Shown piece by piece: positions 1 to 11,700 of a stretch of DNA of 64,000 bases (positions are counted from its first letter, which is position 1; the number at the start of each line of letters is the position of its first letter). A program made the translations under genes and the position numbers. The notes below the pieces were generated by a model. It had not been told where the DNA came from. It worked only from the letters and a program-made list of their open reading frames with translations, and made no database searches. The stretch comes from Auanema rhodensis (taxonomy: Eukaryota; Animalia; Nematoda): NCBI GenBank assembly GCA_964057225.1, contig OZ059899.1, positions 18,662,001-18,726,000 of the forward strand, read 5' to 3'.

Positions 1-79
1 ATCGAATGCACTATACAACATTGAGAAACGCTTAATACAAAAATTAGTTAAGATCGTTTGAAAAAAGATGCATTAGTGT

Positions 80-107
80 ATGTTGAGTTTCCATGTACAC
101 TCAACAT
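80..107. repeat. Inverted repeat recurring in each monomer: ATGTTGAGT-N10-ACTCAACAT
   Basis: Arms 80-88 and 99-107 are exact reverse complements, with loop TTCCATGTAC. Confidence 0.9.
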
Positions 108-128
108 TGCTTCCAAAAACATTTTGAC

Positions 129-161
129 AAAAATTTTTCCAAAAAATTTCAAAATAATTTC
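129..161. repeat. Internal 11-bp sub-repeat / phased A-T tract block
   Basis: AAAAATTTTTC | C(G/A)(A/G)AAAATTTC | (A/G)AAA(T/C)AATTT(C/T). In monomer 1, TTTC ends at 139, 150 and 161. Confidence 0.75.
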
Positions 162-289
162 GCAAAAAGTAATAGTTTTTAGATTTCTTTTTTCAAGGCA
201 AAGACGATGGACAATGTTATTCAACGAAAAAATTAATTCTCCAGGGTGAAAATCGAGGATGTAAGTGTGAACTTATATCAGTTGATATC

Positions 290-356
290 TCGGTGCATTT
301 TTAAGCTAGCGCAAATCTGATAACACAGATCGACGCAGCTTAAAAATCCGCATCGA
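290..356. repeat. Long imperfect inverted repeat recurring in each monomer (~67 nt)
   Basis: TCGGTGC(290-296)/GCATCGA(350-356, one G:T); ATTTTTAAGCT(297-307)/AGCTTAAAAAT(337-347) perfect; GCG/CGC; ATCTG(315-319)/CAGAT(326-330); loop ATAACA. Confidence 0.9.
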
Positions 357-702
357 ATGCACTATACAACATTGAGAAACGCTTAATACAAAAATTAGTT
401 ATGATCGTTTGAAAAATGATGCATTAGTGTATGTTGAGTTTCCATGTACACTCAACATTGCTTCCAAAAACATTTTTACAAAAATTTTTCCGGAAAATTT
501 CGAAACAATTTCGCAAAAAGTAGATGTTTTTAGATTCCTTTTTTCAAGGCAAAGACGATGGACAATGTTATTCAACGAAAAAATTAATTCTGCAGGGTGA
601 AAATCGAGGATATAAGTGTGAACTTATATCAGTTGATATCTCGGTGCATTTTTAAGCTAGCGCAAATCTGATAACACAGATCGACGCAGCTTAAAAATCC
701 GC
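352..702 (+). repeat. Representative monomer (type B haplotype; phase arbitrary)
   Basis: One full period, ATCGAATGC...AAAAATCCGC. Contains TTTTTACA, CGAAACAATTTCG, CTGCAG (PstI site) and GATATAAGT. Confidence 0.97.
609..630. repeat. Inverted repeat recurring in each monomer: GAT(A/G)TAAGT-GTGA-ACTTATATC
   Basis: Perfect 9-bp arms in the GATATAAGT haplotype and one G:T pair in the GATGTAAGT haplotype (258-279). Loop is 4 nt. Confidence 0.9.
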
Positions 703-3700
703 ATCGAATGCACTATACTACATTGAGAAACGCTTAATACAAAAATTAGTTATGATCGTTTGAAAAATGATGCATTAGTGTATGTTGAGTTTCCATGTAC
801 ACTCAACATTGCTTCCAAAAACATTTTGACAAAAATTTTTCCGAAAAATTTCAAAATAATTTTGCAAAAAGTAGATGTTTTTAGATTCCTTTTTTCAAGG
901 CAAAGACGATGGACAAAGTTATTCAACGAAAAAATTAATTCTGCAGGGTGAAAATCGAGGATATAAGTGTGAACTTATATCAGTTGATATCTCGGTGCAT
1001 TTTTAAGCTAGTGCAAATCTGATAACACAGATCGACGCAGCTTAAAAATCCGCATCGAATGCACTATACAACATTGAGAAACGCTTAATACAAAAATTAG
1101 TTAAGATCGTTTGAAAAAAGATGCATTAGTGTATGTTGAGTTTCCATGTACACTCAACATTGCTTCCAAAAACATTTTGACAAAAATTTTTCCAAAAAAT
1201 TTCAAAATAATTTCGCAAAAAGTAAATGTTTTTAGATTCCTTTTTTCAAGGCAAAGACGATGGACAATGTTATTCAACGAAAAAATTAATTCTCCAGGGT
1301 GAAAATCGAGGATGTAAGTGTGAACTTATATCAGTTGATATCTCGGTGCATTTTTAAGCTAGCGCAAATCTGATAACACAGATCGACGCAGCTTAAAAAT
1401 CCGCATCGAATGCACTATACAACATTGAGAAACGCTTAATACAAAAATTAGTTAAGATCGTTTGAAAAAAGATGCATTAGTGTATGTTGAGTTTCCATGT
1501 ACACTCAACATTGCTTCCAAAAACATTTTGACAAAAATTTTTCCAAAAAATTTCAAAATAATTTCGCAAAAAGTAAATGTTTTTAGATTCCTTTTTTCAA
1601 GGCAAAGACGATGGACAATGTTATTCAACGAAAAAATTAATTCTCCAGGGTGAAAATCGAGGATGTAAGTGTGAACTTATATCAGTTGATATCTCGGTGC
1701 ATTTTTAAGCTAGCGCAAATCTGATAACACAGATCGACGCAGCTTAAAAATCCGCATCGAATGCACTATACAACATTGAGAAACGCTTAATACAAAAATT
1801 AGTTATGATCGTTTGAAAAATGATGCATTAGTGTATGTTGAGTTTCCATGTACACTCAACATTGCTTCCAAAAACATTTTTACAAAAATTTTTCCGGAAA
1901 ATTTCGAAACAATTTCGCAAAAAGTAGATGTTTTTAGATTCCTTTTTTCAAGGCAAAGACGATGGACAATGTTATTCAACGAAAAAATTAATTCTGCAGG
2001 GTGAAAATCGAGGATATAAGTGTGAACTTATATCAGTTGATATCTCGGTGCATTTTTAAGCTAGCGCAAATCTGATAACACAGATCGACGCAGCTTAAAA
2101 ATCCGCATCGAATGCACTATACTACATTGAGAAACGCTTAATACAAAAATTAGTTATGATCGTTTGAAAAATGATGCATTAGTGTATGTTGAGTCTCCAT
2201 GTACACTCAACATTGCTTCCAAAAACATTTTTACAAAAATTTTTCCGAAAAATTTCGAAACAATTTCGCAAAAAGTAGATGTTTTTAGATTCCTTTTTTC
2301 AAGGCAAAGACGATGGACAATGTTATTCAACGAAAAAATTAATTCTGCAGGGTGAAAATCGAGGATATAAGTGTGAACTTATATCAGTTGATATCTCGGT
2401 GCATTTTTAAGCTAGCGCAAATCTGATAACACAGATCGACGCAGCTTAAAAATCCGCATCGAATGCACTATACAACATTGAGAAACGCTTAATACAAAAA
2501 TTAGTTATGATCGTTTGAAAAATGATGCATTAGTGTATGTTGAGTTTCCATGTACACTCAACATTGCTTCCAAAAACATTTTTACAAAAATTTTTCCGGA
2601 AAATTTCGAAACAATTTCGCAAAAAGTAGATGTTTTTAGATTCCTTTTTTCAAGGCAAAGACGATGGACAATGTTATTCAACGAAAAAATTAATTCTGCA
2701 GGGTGAAAATCGAGGATATAAGTGTGAACTTATATCAGTTGATATCTCGGTGCATTTTTAAGCTAGCGCAAATCTGATAACACAGATCGACGCAGCTTAA
2801 AAATCCGCATCGAATGCACTATACAACATTGAGAAACGCTTAATACAAAAATTAGTTATGATCGTTTGAAAAATGATGCATTAGTGTATGTTGAGTTTCC
2901 ATGTACACTCAACATTGCTTCCAAAAACATTTTGACAAAAATTTTTCCGAAAAATTTCAAAATAATTTTGCAAAAAGTAGATGTTTTTAGATTCCTTTTT
3001 TCAAGGCAAAGACGATGGACAAAGTTATTCAACGAAAAAATTAATTCTGCAGGGTGAAAATCGAGGATATAAGTGTGAACTTATATCAGTTGATATCTCG
3101 GTGCATTTTTAAGCTAGCGCAAATCTGATAACACAGATCGACGCAGCTTAAAAAGCCGCATCGAATGCACTATACAACATTGAGAAACGCTTAATACAAA
3201 AATTAGTTATGATCGTTTGAAAAATGATGCATTAGTGTATGTTGAGTCTCCATGTACACTCAACATTGCTTCCAAAAACATTTTTACAAAAATTTTTCCG
3301 AAAAATTTCGAAACAATTTCGCAAAAAGTAGATGTTTTTAGATTCCTTTTTTCAAGGCAAAGACGATGGACAATGTTATTCAACGAAAAAATTAATTCTG
3401 CAGGGTGAAAATCGAGGATATAAGTGTGAACTTATATCAGTTGATATCTCGGTGCATTTTTAAGCTAGCGCAAATCTGATAACACAGATCGACGCAGCTT
3501 AAAAATCCGCATCGAATGCACTATACAACATTGAGAAACGCTTAATACAAAAATTAGTTATGATCGTTTGAAAAAAGATGCATTAGTGTATGTTGAGTTT
3601 CCATGTACACTCAACATTGCTTCCAAAAACATTTTGACAAAAATTTTTCCAAAAAATTTCAAAATAATTTCGCAAAAAGTAAATGTTTTTAGATTCTTTT

Positions 3701-3861
3701 TTTCAAGGCAAAGACGATGGACAATGTTATTCAACGAAAAAATTAATTCTCCAGGGTGAAAATCGAGGATGTAAGTGTGAACTTATATCAGTTGATATCT
3801 CGGTGCATTTTTAAGGTAGCGCAAATCTGATAACACAGATCGACGCAGCTTAAAAATCCGC

Positions 3862-6800
3862 ATCGAATGCACTATACAACATTGAGAAACGCTTAATACA
3901 AAAATTAGTTATGATCGTTTGAAAAATGATGCATTAGTGTATGTTGAGTTTCCATGTACACTCAACATTGCTTCCAAAAACATTTTTACAAAAATTTTTC
4001 CGGAAAATTTCGAAACAATTTCGCAAAAAGTAGATGTTTTTAGATTCCTTTTTTCAAGGCAAAGACGATGGACAATGTTATTCAACGAAAAAATTAATTC
4101 TGCAGGGTGAAAATCGAGGATATAAGTGTGAACTTATATCAGTTGATATCTCGGTGCATTTTTAAGCTAGCGCAAATCTGATAACACAGATCGACGCAGC
4201 TTAAAAATCCGCTTCGAATGCACTATACAACATTGAGAAACGCTTAATACAAAAATTAGTTAAGATCGTTTGAAAAAAGATGCATTAGTGAATGTTGAGT
4301 TTCCATGTACACTCAACATTGCTTCCAAAAACATTTTGACAAAAATTTTTCCAAAAAATTTCAAAATAATTTCGCAAAAAGTAAATGTTTTTAGATTCCG
4401 TTTTTCAAGGCAAAAACGATACACAATGTTATTCAACAAAAAAATTAATTCTGCAGAATGAAAATCGAGGATATAAGTGTGAACTTATATCAGTTGATAT
4501 CTCGGTGCATTTTTAAGCTAGCGCAAATCTGATAACACAGATCGACGCAGCTTAAAAATCCGCATCGAATGCACTATACAACAGTGAGAAACGCTTAATA
4601 CAAAAATTAGTTATGATCGTTTGAAAAATGATGCATTAGTGTATGTTGAGTTTCCATGTACACTCAACATTGCTTCCAAAAACATTTTGACAAAAATTTT
4701 TCCAAAAAATTTCAAAATAATTTCGCAAAAAGTAAATGTTTTTAGATTCTTTTTTTCAAGGCAAAGACGATGGACAATGTTATTCAACGAAAAAATTAAT
4801 TCTCCAGGGTGAAAATCGAGGATGTAAGTGTGAACTTATATCAGTTGATATCTCGGTGCATTTTTAAGGTAGCGCAAATCTGATAACACAGATCGACGCA
4901 GCTTAAAAATCCGAATCGAATGCACTATACAACATTGAGAAACGCTTAATACAAAAATTAGTTATGATCGTTTGAAAAATGATGCATTAGTGTATGTTGA
5001 GTTTCCATGTACACTCAACATTGCTTCCAAAAACATTTTTACAAAAATTTTTCCGGAAAATTTCGAAACAATTTCGCAAAAAGTAGATGTTTTTAGATTC
5101 CTTTTTTCAAGGCAAAGACGATGGACAATGTTATTCAACGAAAAAATTAATTCTGCAGGGTGAAAATCGAGGATATAAGTGTGAACTTATATCAGTTGAT
5201 ATCTCGGTGCATTTTTAAGCTAGCGCAAATCTGATAACACAGATCGACGCAGCTTAAAAATCCGCTTCGAATGCACTATACAACATTGAGAAACGCTTAA
5301 TACAAAAATTAGTTAAGATCGTTTGAAAAAAGATGCATTAGTGAATGTTGAGTTTCCATGTACACTCAACATTGCTTCCAAAAACATTTTGACAAAAATT
5401 TTTCCAAAAAATTTCAAAATAATTTCGCAAAAAGTAAATGTTTTTAGATTCCGTTTTTCAAGGCAAAAACGATACACAATGTTATTCAACAAAAAAATTA
5501 ATTCTGCAGAATGAAAATCGAGGATATAAGTGTGAACTTATATCAGTTGATATCTCGGTGCATTTTTAAGCTAGCGCAAATCTGATAACACAGATCGACG
5601 CAGCTTAAAAATCCGCTTCGAATGCACTATACAACATTGAGAAACGCTTAATACAAAAATTAGTTAAGATCGTTTGAAAAAAGATGCATTAGTGAATGTT
5701 GAGTTTCCATGTACACTCAACATTGCTTCCAAAAACATTTTGACAAAAATTTTTCCAAAAAATTTCAAAATAATTTCGCAAAAAGTAAATGTTTTTAGAT
5801 TCCGTTTTTCAAGGCAAAAACGATACACAATGTTATTCAACAAAAAAATTAATTCTGCAGAATGAAAATCGAGGATATAAGTGTGAACTTATATCAGTTG
5901 ATATCTCGGTGCATTTTTAAGCTAGCGCAAATCTGATAACACAGATCGACGCAGCTTAAAAATCCGCATCGAATGCACTATACAACAGTGAGAAACGCTT
6001 AATACAAAAATTAGTTATGATCGTTTGAAAAATGATGCATTAGTGTATGTTGAGTTTCCATGTACACTCAACATTGCTTCCAAAAACATTTTGACAAAAA
6101 TTTTTCCGAAAAATTTCAAAATAATTTTGCAAAAAGTAGATGTTTTTAGATTCCTTTTTTCAAGGCAAAGACGATGGACAATGTTATTCAACGAAAAAAT
6201 TAATTCTCCAGGGTGAAAATCGAGGATGTAAGTGTGAACTTATATCAGTTGATATCTCGGTGCATTTTTAAGGTAGCGCAAATCTGATAACACAGATCGA
6301 CGCAGCTTAAAAATCCGAATCGAATGCACTATACAACATTGAGAAACGCTTAATACAAAAATTAGTTATGATCGTTTGAAAAATGATGCATTAGTGTATG
6401 TTGAGTTTCCATGTACACTCAACATTGCTTCCAAAAACATTTTTACAAAAATTTTTCCGGAAAATTTCGAAACAATTTCGCAAAAAGTAGATGTTTTTAG
6501 ATTCCTTTTTTCAAGGCAAAGACGATGGACAATGTTATTCAACGAAAAAATTAATTCTGCAGGGTGAAAATCGAGGATATAAGTGTGAACTTATATCAGT
6601 TGATATCTCGGTGCATTTTTAAGCTAGCGCAAATCTGATAACACAGATCGACGCAGCTTAAAAATCCGCTTCGAATGCACTATACAACATTGAGAAACGC
6701 TTAATACAAAAATTAGTTAAGATCGTTTGAAAAAAGATGCATTAGTGAATGTTGAGTTTCCATGTACACTCAACATTGCTTCCAAAAACATTTTGACAAA

Positions 6801-8775
6801 AATTTTTCCAAAAAATTTCAAAATAATTTCGCAAAAAGTAAATGTTTTTAGATTCCGTTTTTCAAGGCAAAAACGATACACAATGTTATTCAACAAAAAA
6901 ATTAATTCTGCAGAATGAAAATCGAGGATATAAGTGTGAACTTATATCAGTTGATATCTCGGTGCATTTTTAAGCTAGCGCAAATCTGATAACACAGATC
7001 GACGCAGCTTAAAAATCCGCATCGAATGCACTATACAACAGTGAGAAACGCTTAATACAAAAATTAGTTATGATCGTTTGAAAAATGATGCATTAGTGTA
7101 TGTTGAGTTTCCATGTACACTCAACATTGCTTCCAAAAACATTTTGACAAAAATTTTTCCAAAAAATTTCAAAATAATTTCGCAAAAAGTAAATGTTTTT
7201 AGATTCTTTTTTTCAAGGCAAAGACGATGGACAATGTTATTCAACGAAAAAATTAATTCTCCAGGGTGAAAATCGAGGATGTAAGTGTGAACTTATATCA
7301 GTTGATATCTCGGTGCATTTTTAAGGTAGCGCAAATCTGATAACACAGATCGACGCAGCTTAAAAATCCGAATCGAATGCACTATACAACATTGAGAAAC
7401 GCTTAATACAAAAATTAGTTATGATCGTTTGAAAAATGATGCATTAGTGTATGTTGAGTTTCCATGTACACTCAACATTGCTTCCAAAAACATTTTTACA
7501 AAAATTTTTCCGGAAAATTTCGAAACAATTTCGCAAAAAGTAGATGTTTTTAGATTCCTTTTTTCAAGGCAAAGACGATGGACAATGTTATTCAACGAAA
7601 AAATTAATTCTGCAGGGTGAAAATCGAGGATATAAGTGTGAACTTATATCAGTTGATATCTCGGTGCATTTTTAAGCTAGCGCAAATCTGATAACACAGA
7701 TCGACGCAGCTTAAAAATCCGCTTCGAATGCACTATACAACATTGAGAAACGCTTAATACAAAAATTAGTTAAGATCGTTTGAAAAAAGATGCATTAGTG
7801 AATGTTGAGTTTCCATGTACACTCAACATTGCTTCCAAAAACATTTTGACAAAAATTTTTCCAAAAAATTTCAAAATAATTTCGCAAAAAGTAAATGTTT
7901 TTAGATTCCGTTTTTCAAGGCAAAAACGATACACAATGTTATTCAACAAAAAAATTAATTCTGCAGAATGAAAATCGAGGATATAAGTGTGAACTTATAT
8001 CAGTTGATATCTCGGTGCATTTTTAAGCTAGCGCAAATCTGATAACACAGATCGACGCAGCTTAAAAATCCGCTTCGAATGCACTATACAACATTGAGAA
8101 ACGCTTAATACAAAAATTAGTTAAGATCGTTTGAAAAAAGATGCATTAGTGAATGTTGAGTTTCCATGTACACTCAACATTGCTTCCAAAAACATTTTGA
8201 CAAAAATTTTTCCAAAAAATTTCAAAATAATTTCGCAAAAAGTAAATGTTTTTAGATTCCGTTTTTCAAGGCAAAAACGATACACAATGTTATTCAACAA
8301 AAAAATTAATTCTGCAGAATGAAAATCGAGGATATAAGTGTGAACTTATATCAGTTGATATCTCGGTGCATTTTTAAGCTAGCGCAAATCTGATAACACA
8401 GATCGACGCAGCTTAAAAATCCGCATCGAATGCACTATACAACAGTGAGAAACGCTTAATACAAAAATTAGTTATGATCGTTTGAAAAATGATGCATTAG
8501 TGTATGTTGAGTTTCCATGTACACTCAACATTGCTTCCAAAAACATTTTGACAAAAATTTTTCCGAAAAATTTCAAAATAATTTTGCAAAAAGTAGATGT
8601 TTTTAGATTCCTTTTTTCAAGGCAAAGACGATGGACAATGTTATTCAACGAAAAAATTAATTCTCCAGGGTGAAAATCGAGGATGTAAGTGTGAACTTAT
8701 ATCAGTTGATATCTCGGTGCATTTTTAAGCTAGCGCAAATCTGATAACACAGATCGACGCAGCTTAGAAATCCGC
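3862..8775. repeat. Higher-order repeat: 7-monomer unit (2457 bp) x2, boundaries approximate
   Basis: The variant order of the 7 units with ORF starts 3919-6025 is repeated in the 7 units at 6376-8482. Confidence 0.85.
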
Positions 8776-11700
8776 ATCGAATGCACTATACTACATCGAG
8801 AAACGCTTAATACAAAAATTAGTTATGATCGTTTGAAAAATGATGCATTAGTGTATGTTGAGTCTCCATGTACACTCAACATTGCTTCCAAAAACATTTT
8901 TACAAAAATTTTTCCGAAAAATTTCGAAACAATTTCGCAAAAAGTAGATGTTTTTAGATTCCTTTTTTCAAGGCAAAGACGATGGACATTGTTATTCAAC
9001 GAAAAAATTAATTCTGCAGGGTGAAAATCGAGGATATAAGTGTGAACTTATATCAGTTGATATCTCGGTGCATTTTTAAGGTAGCGCAAATCTGATAACA
9101 CAGATCGACGCAGCTTAAAAATCCGCATCGAATGCACTATACTACATTGAGAAACGCTTAATACAAAAATTAGTTATGATCGTTTGAAAAATGATGCATT
9201 AGTGTATGTTGAGTTTCCATGTACACTCAACATTGCTTCCAAAAACATTTTGACAAAAATTTTTCCGAAAAATTTCAAAATAATTTTGCAAAAAGTAGAT
9301 GTTTTTAGATTCCTTTTTTCAAGGCAAAGACGATGGACAATGTTATTCAACGAAAAAATTAATTCTCCAGGGTGAAAATCGAGGATGTAAGTGTGAACTT
9401 ATATCAGTTGATATCTCGGTGCATTTTTAAGCTAGCGCAAATCTGATAACACAGATCGACGCAGCTTAGAAATCCGCATCGAATGCACTATACTACATCG
9501 AGAAACGCTTAATACAAAAATTAGTTATGATCGTTTGAAAAATGATGCATTAGTGTATGTTGAGTCTCCATGTACACTCAACATTGCTTCCAAAAACATT
9601 TTTACAAAAATTTTTCCGAAAAATTTCGAAACAATTTCGCAAAAAGTAGATGTTTTTAGATTCCTTTTTTCAAGGCAAAGACGATGGACATTGTTATTCA
9701 ACGAAAAAATTAATTCTGCAGGGTGAAAATCGAGGATATAAGTGTGAACTTATATCAGTTGATATCTCGGTGCATTTTTAAGGTAGCGCAAATCTGATAA
9801 CACAGATCGACGCAGCTTAAAAATCCGCATCGAATGCACTATACTACATTGAGAAACGCTTAATACAAAAATTAGTTATGATCGTTTGAAAAATGATGCA
9901 TTAGTGTATGTTGAGTTTCCATGTACACTCAACATTGCTTCCAAAAACATTTTGACAAAAATTTTTCCGAAAAATTTCAAAATAATTTTGCAAAAAGTAG
10001 ATGTTTTTAGATTCCTTTTTTCAAGGCAAAGACGATGGACAAAGTTATTCAACGAAAAAATTAATTCTGCAGGGTGAAAATCGAGGATATAAGTGTGAAC
10101 TTATATCAGTTGATATCTCGGTGCATTTTTAAGCTAGCGCAAATCTGATAACACAGATCGACGCAGCTTAAAAATCCGCATCGAATGCACTATACAACAG
10201 TGAGAAACGCTTAATACAAAAATTAGTTATGATCGTTTGAAAAATGATGCATTAGTGTATGTTGAGTTTCCATGTACACTCAACATTGCTTCCAAAAACA
10301 TTTTGACAAAAATTTTTCCGAAAAATTTCAAAATAATTTTGCAAAAAGTAGATGTTTTTAGATTCCTTTTTTTAAGGCAAAGACGATGGACAAAGTTATT
10401 CAACGAAAAAATTAATTCTGCAGGGTGAAAATCGAGGATATAAGTGTGAACTTATATCAGTTGATATCTCGGTGCATTTTTAAGCTAGCGCAAATCTGAT
10501 AACACAGATCGACGCAGCTTAAAAATCCGCATCGAATGCACTATACAACAGTGAGAAACGCTTAATACAAAAATTAGTTATGATCGTTTGAAAAATGATG
10601 CATTAGTGTATGTTGAGTTTCCATGTACACTCAACATTGCTTCCAAAAACATTTTGACAAAAATTTTTCCGAAAAATTTCAAAATAATTTTGCAAAAAGT
10701 AGATGTTTTTAGATTCCTTTTTTCAAGGCAAAGACGATGGACAATGTTATTCAACGAAAAAATTAATTCTCCAGGGTGAAAATCGAGGATGTAAGTGTGA
10801 ACTTATATCAGTTGATATCTCGGTGCATTTTTAAGCTAGCGCAAATCTGATAACACAGATCGACGCAGCTTAAAAAGCCGCATCGAATGCACTATACAAC
10901 ATTGAGAAACGCTTAATACAAAAATTAGTTATGATCGTTTGAAAAATGATGCATTAGTGTATGTTGAGTTTCCATGTACACTCAACATTGCTTCCAAAAA
11001 CATTTTTACAAAAATTTTTCCGAAAAATTTCGAAACAATTTCGCAAAAAGTAGATGTTTTTAGATTCCTTTTTTCAAGGCAAAGACGATGGACATTGTTA
11101 TTCAACGAAAAAATTAATTCTGCAGAGTGAAAATCGAGGATATAAGTGTGAACTTATATCAGTTGATATCTCGGTGCATTTTTAAGCTAGCGCAAATCTG
11201 ATAACACAGATCGACGCAGCTTAAAAAGCCGCATCGAATGCACTATACAACATTGAGAAACGCTTAATACAAAAATTAGTTATGATCGTTTGAAAAATGA
11301 TGCATTAGTGTATGTTGAGTTTCCATGTACACTCAACATTGCTTCCAAAAACATTTTGACAAAAATTTTTCCGAAAAATTTCAAAATAATTTTGCAAAAA
11401 GTAGATGTTTTTAGATTCCTTTTTTCAAGGCAAAGACGATGGACAATGTTATTCAACGAAAAAATTAATTCTCCAGGGTGAAAATCGAGGATGTAAGTGT
11501 GAACTTATATCAGTTGATATCTCGGTGCATTTTTAAGCTAGCGCAAATCTGATAACACAGATCGACGCAGCTTAAAAAGCCGCATCGAATGCACTATACA
11601 ACATTGAGAAACGCTTAATACAAAAATTAGTTATGATCGTTTGAAAAATGATGCATTAGTGTATGTTGAGTTTCCATGTACACTCAACATTGCTTCCAAA

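Noticed and set aside
212-229. CENP-B box on the minus strand (TTCGTTGAA)
   Set aside because: Only the 5' half resembles the box; the essential CGGG is absent.
58-249. 63-aa ORF repeated in nearly every monomer (possible tandem gene array)
   Set aside because: The start is TTG, with no recognisable domain. The K/F/I/N-rich composition mirrors the A/T tracts, and the common variants are mostly non-synonymous. Broken copies persist and were duplicated (start loss at 19363, frameshifts at 22691 and 24096, TAG at 44313, TAA at 58836 and 63048). Ribosome profiling or proteomics would be needed to revive it.
317-380. Hammerhead ribozyme (retrozyme or newt/schistosome-type satellite), suggested by CTGATAA...GAAAC and the unit size
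   Set aside because: The core needs CUGANGA (C3-G8 pair). The + strand has CUGAUAA, the - strand has CUGAUAU, and I could not build stems I-III. An Infernal/Rfam scan would settle it.
357-432. Additional long hairpin (ATGCACTA/TAGTGTAT, AAACG/CGTTT)
   Set aside because: It has many mismatches and bulges, so it is not distinguishable from chance without computation.
836-850. TTTCCGAAA resembling the budding-yeast CDEIII core
   Set aside because: It is a short match in AT-rich DNA, polymorphic among units, with no CDEI/CDEII context.
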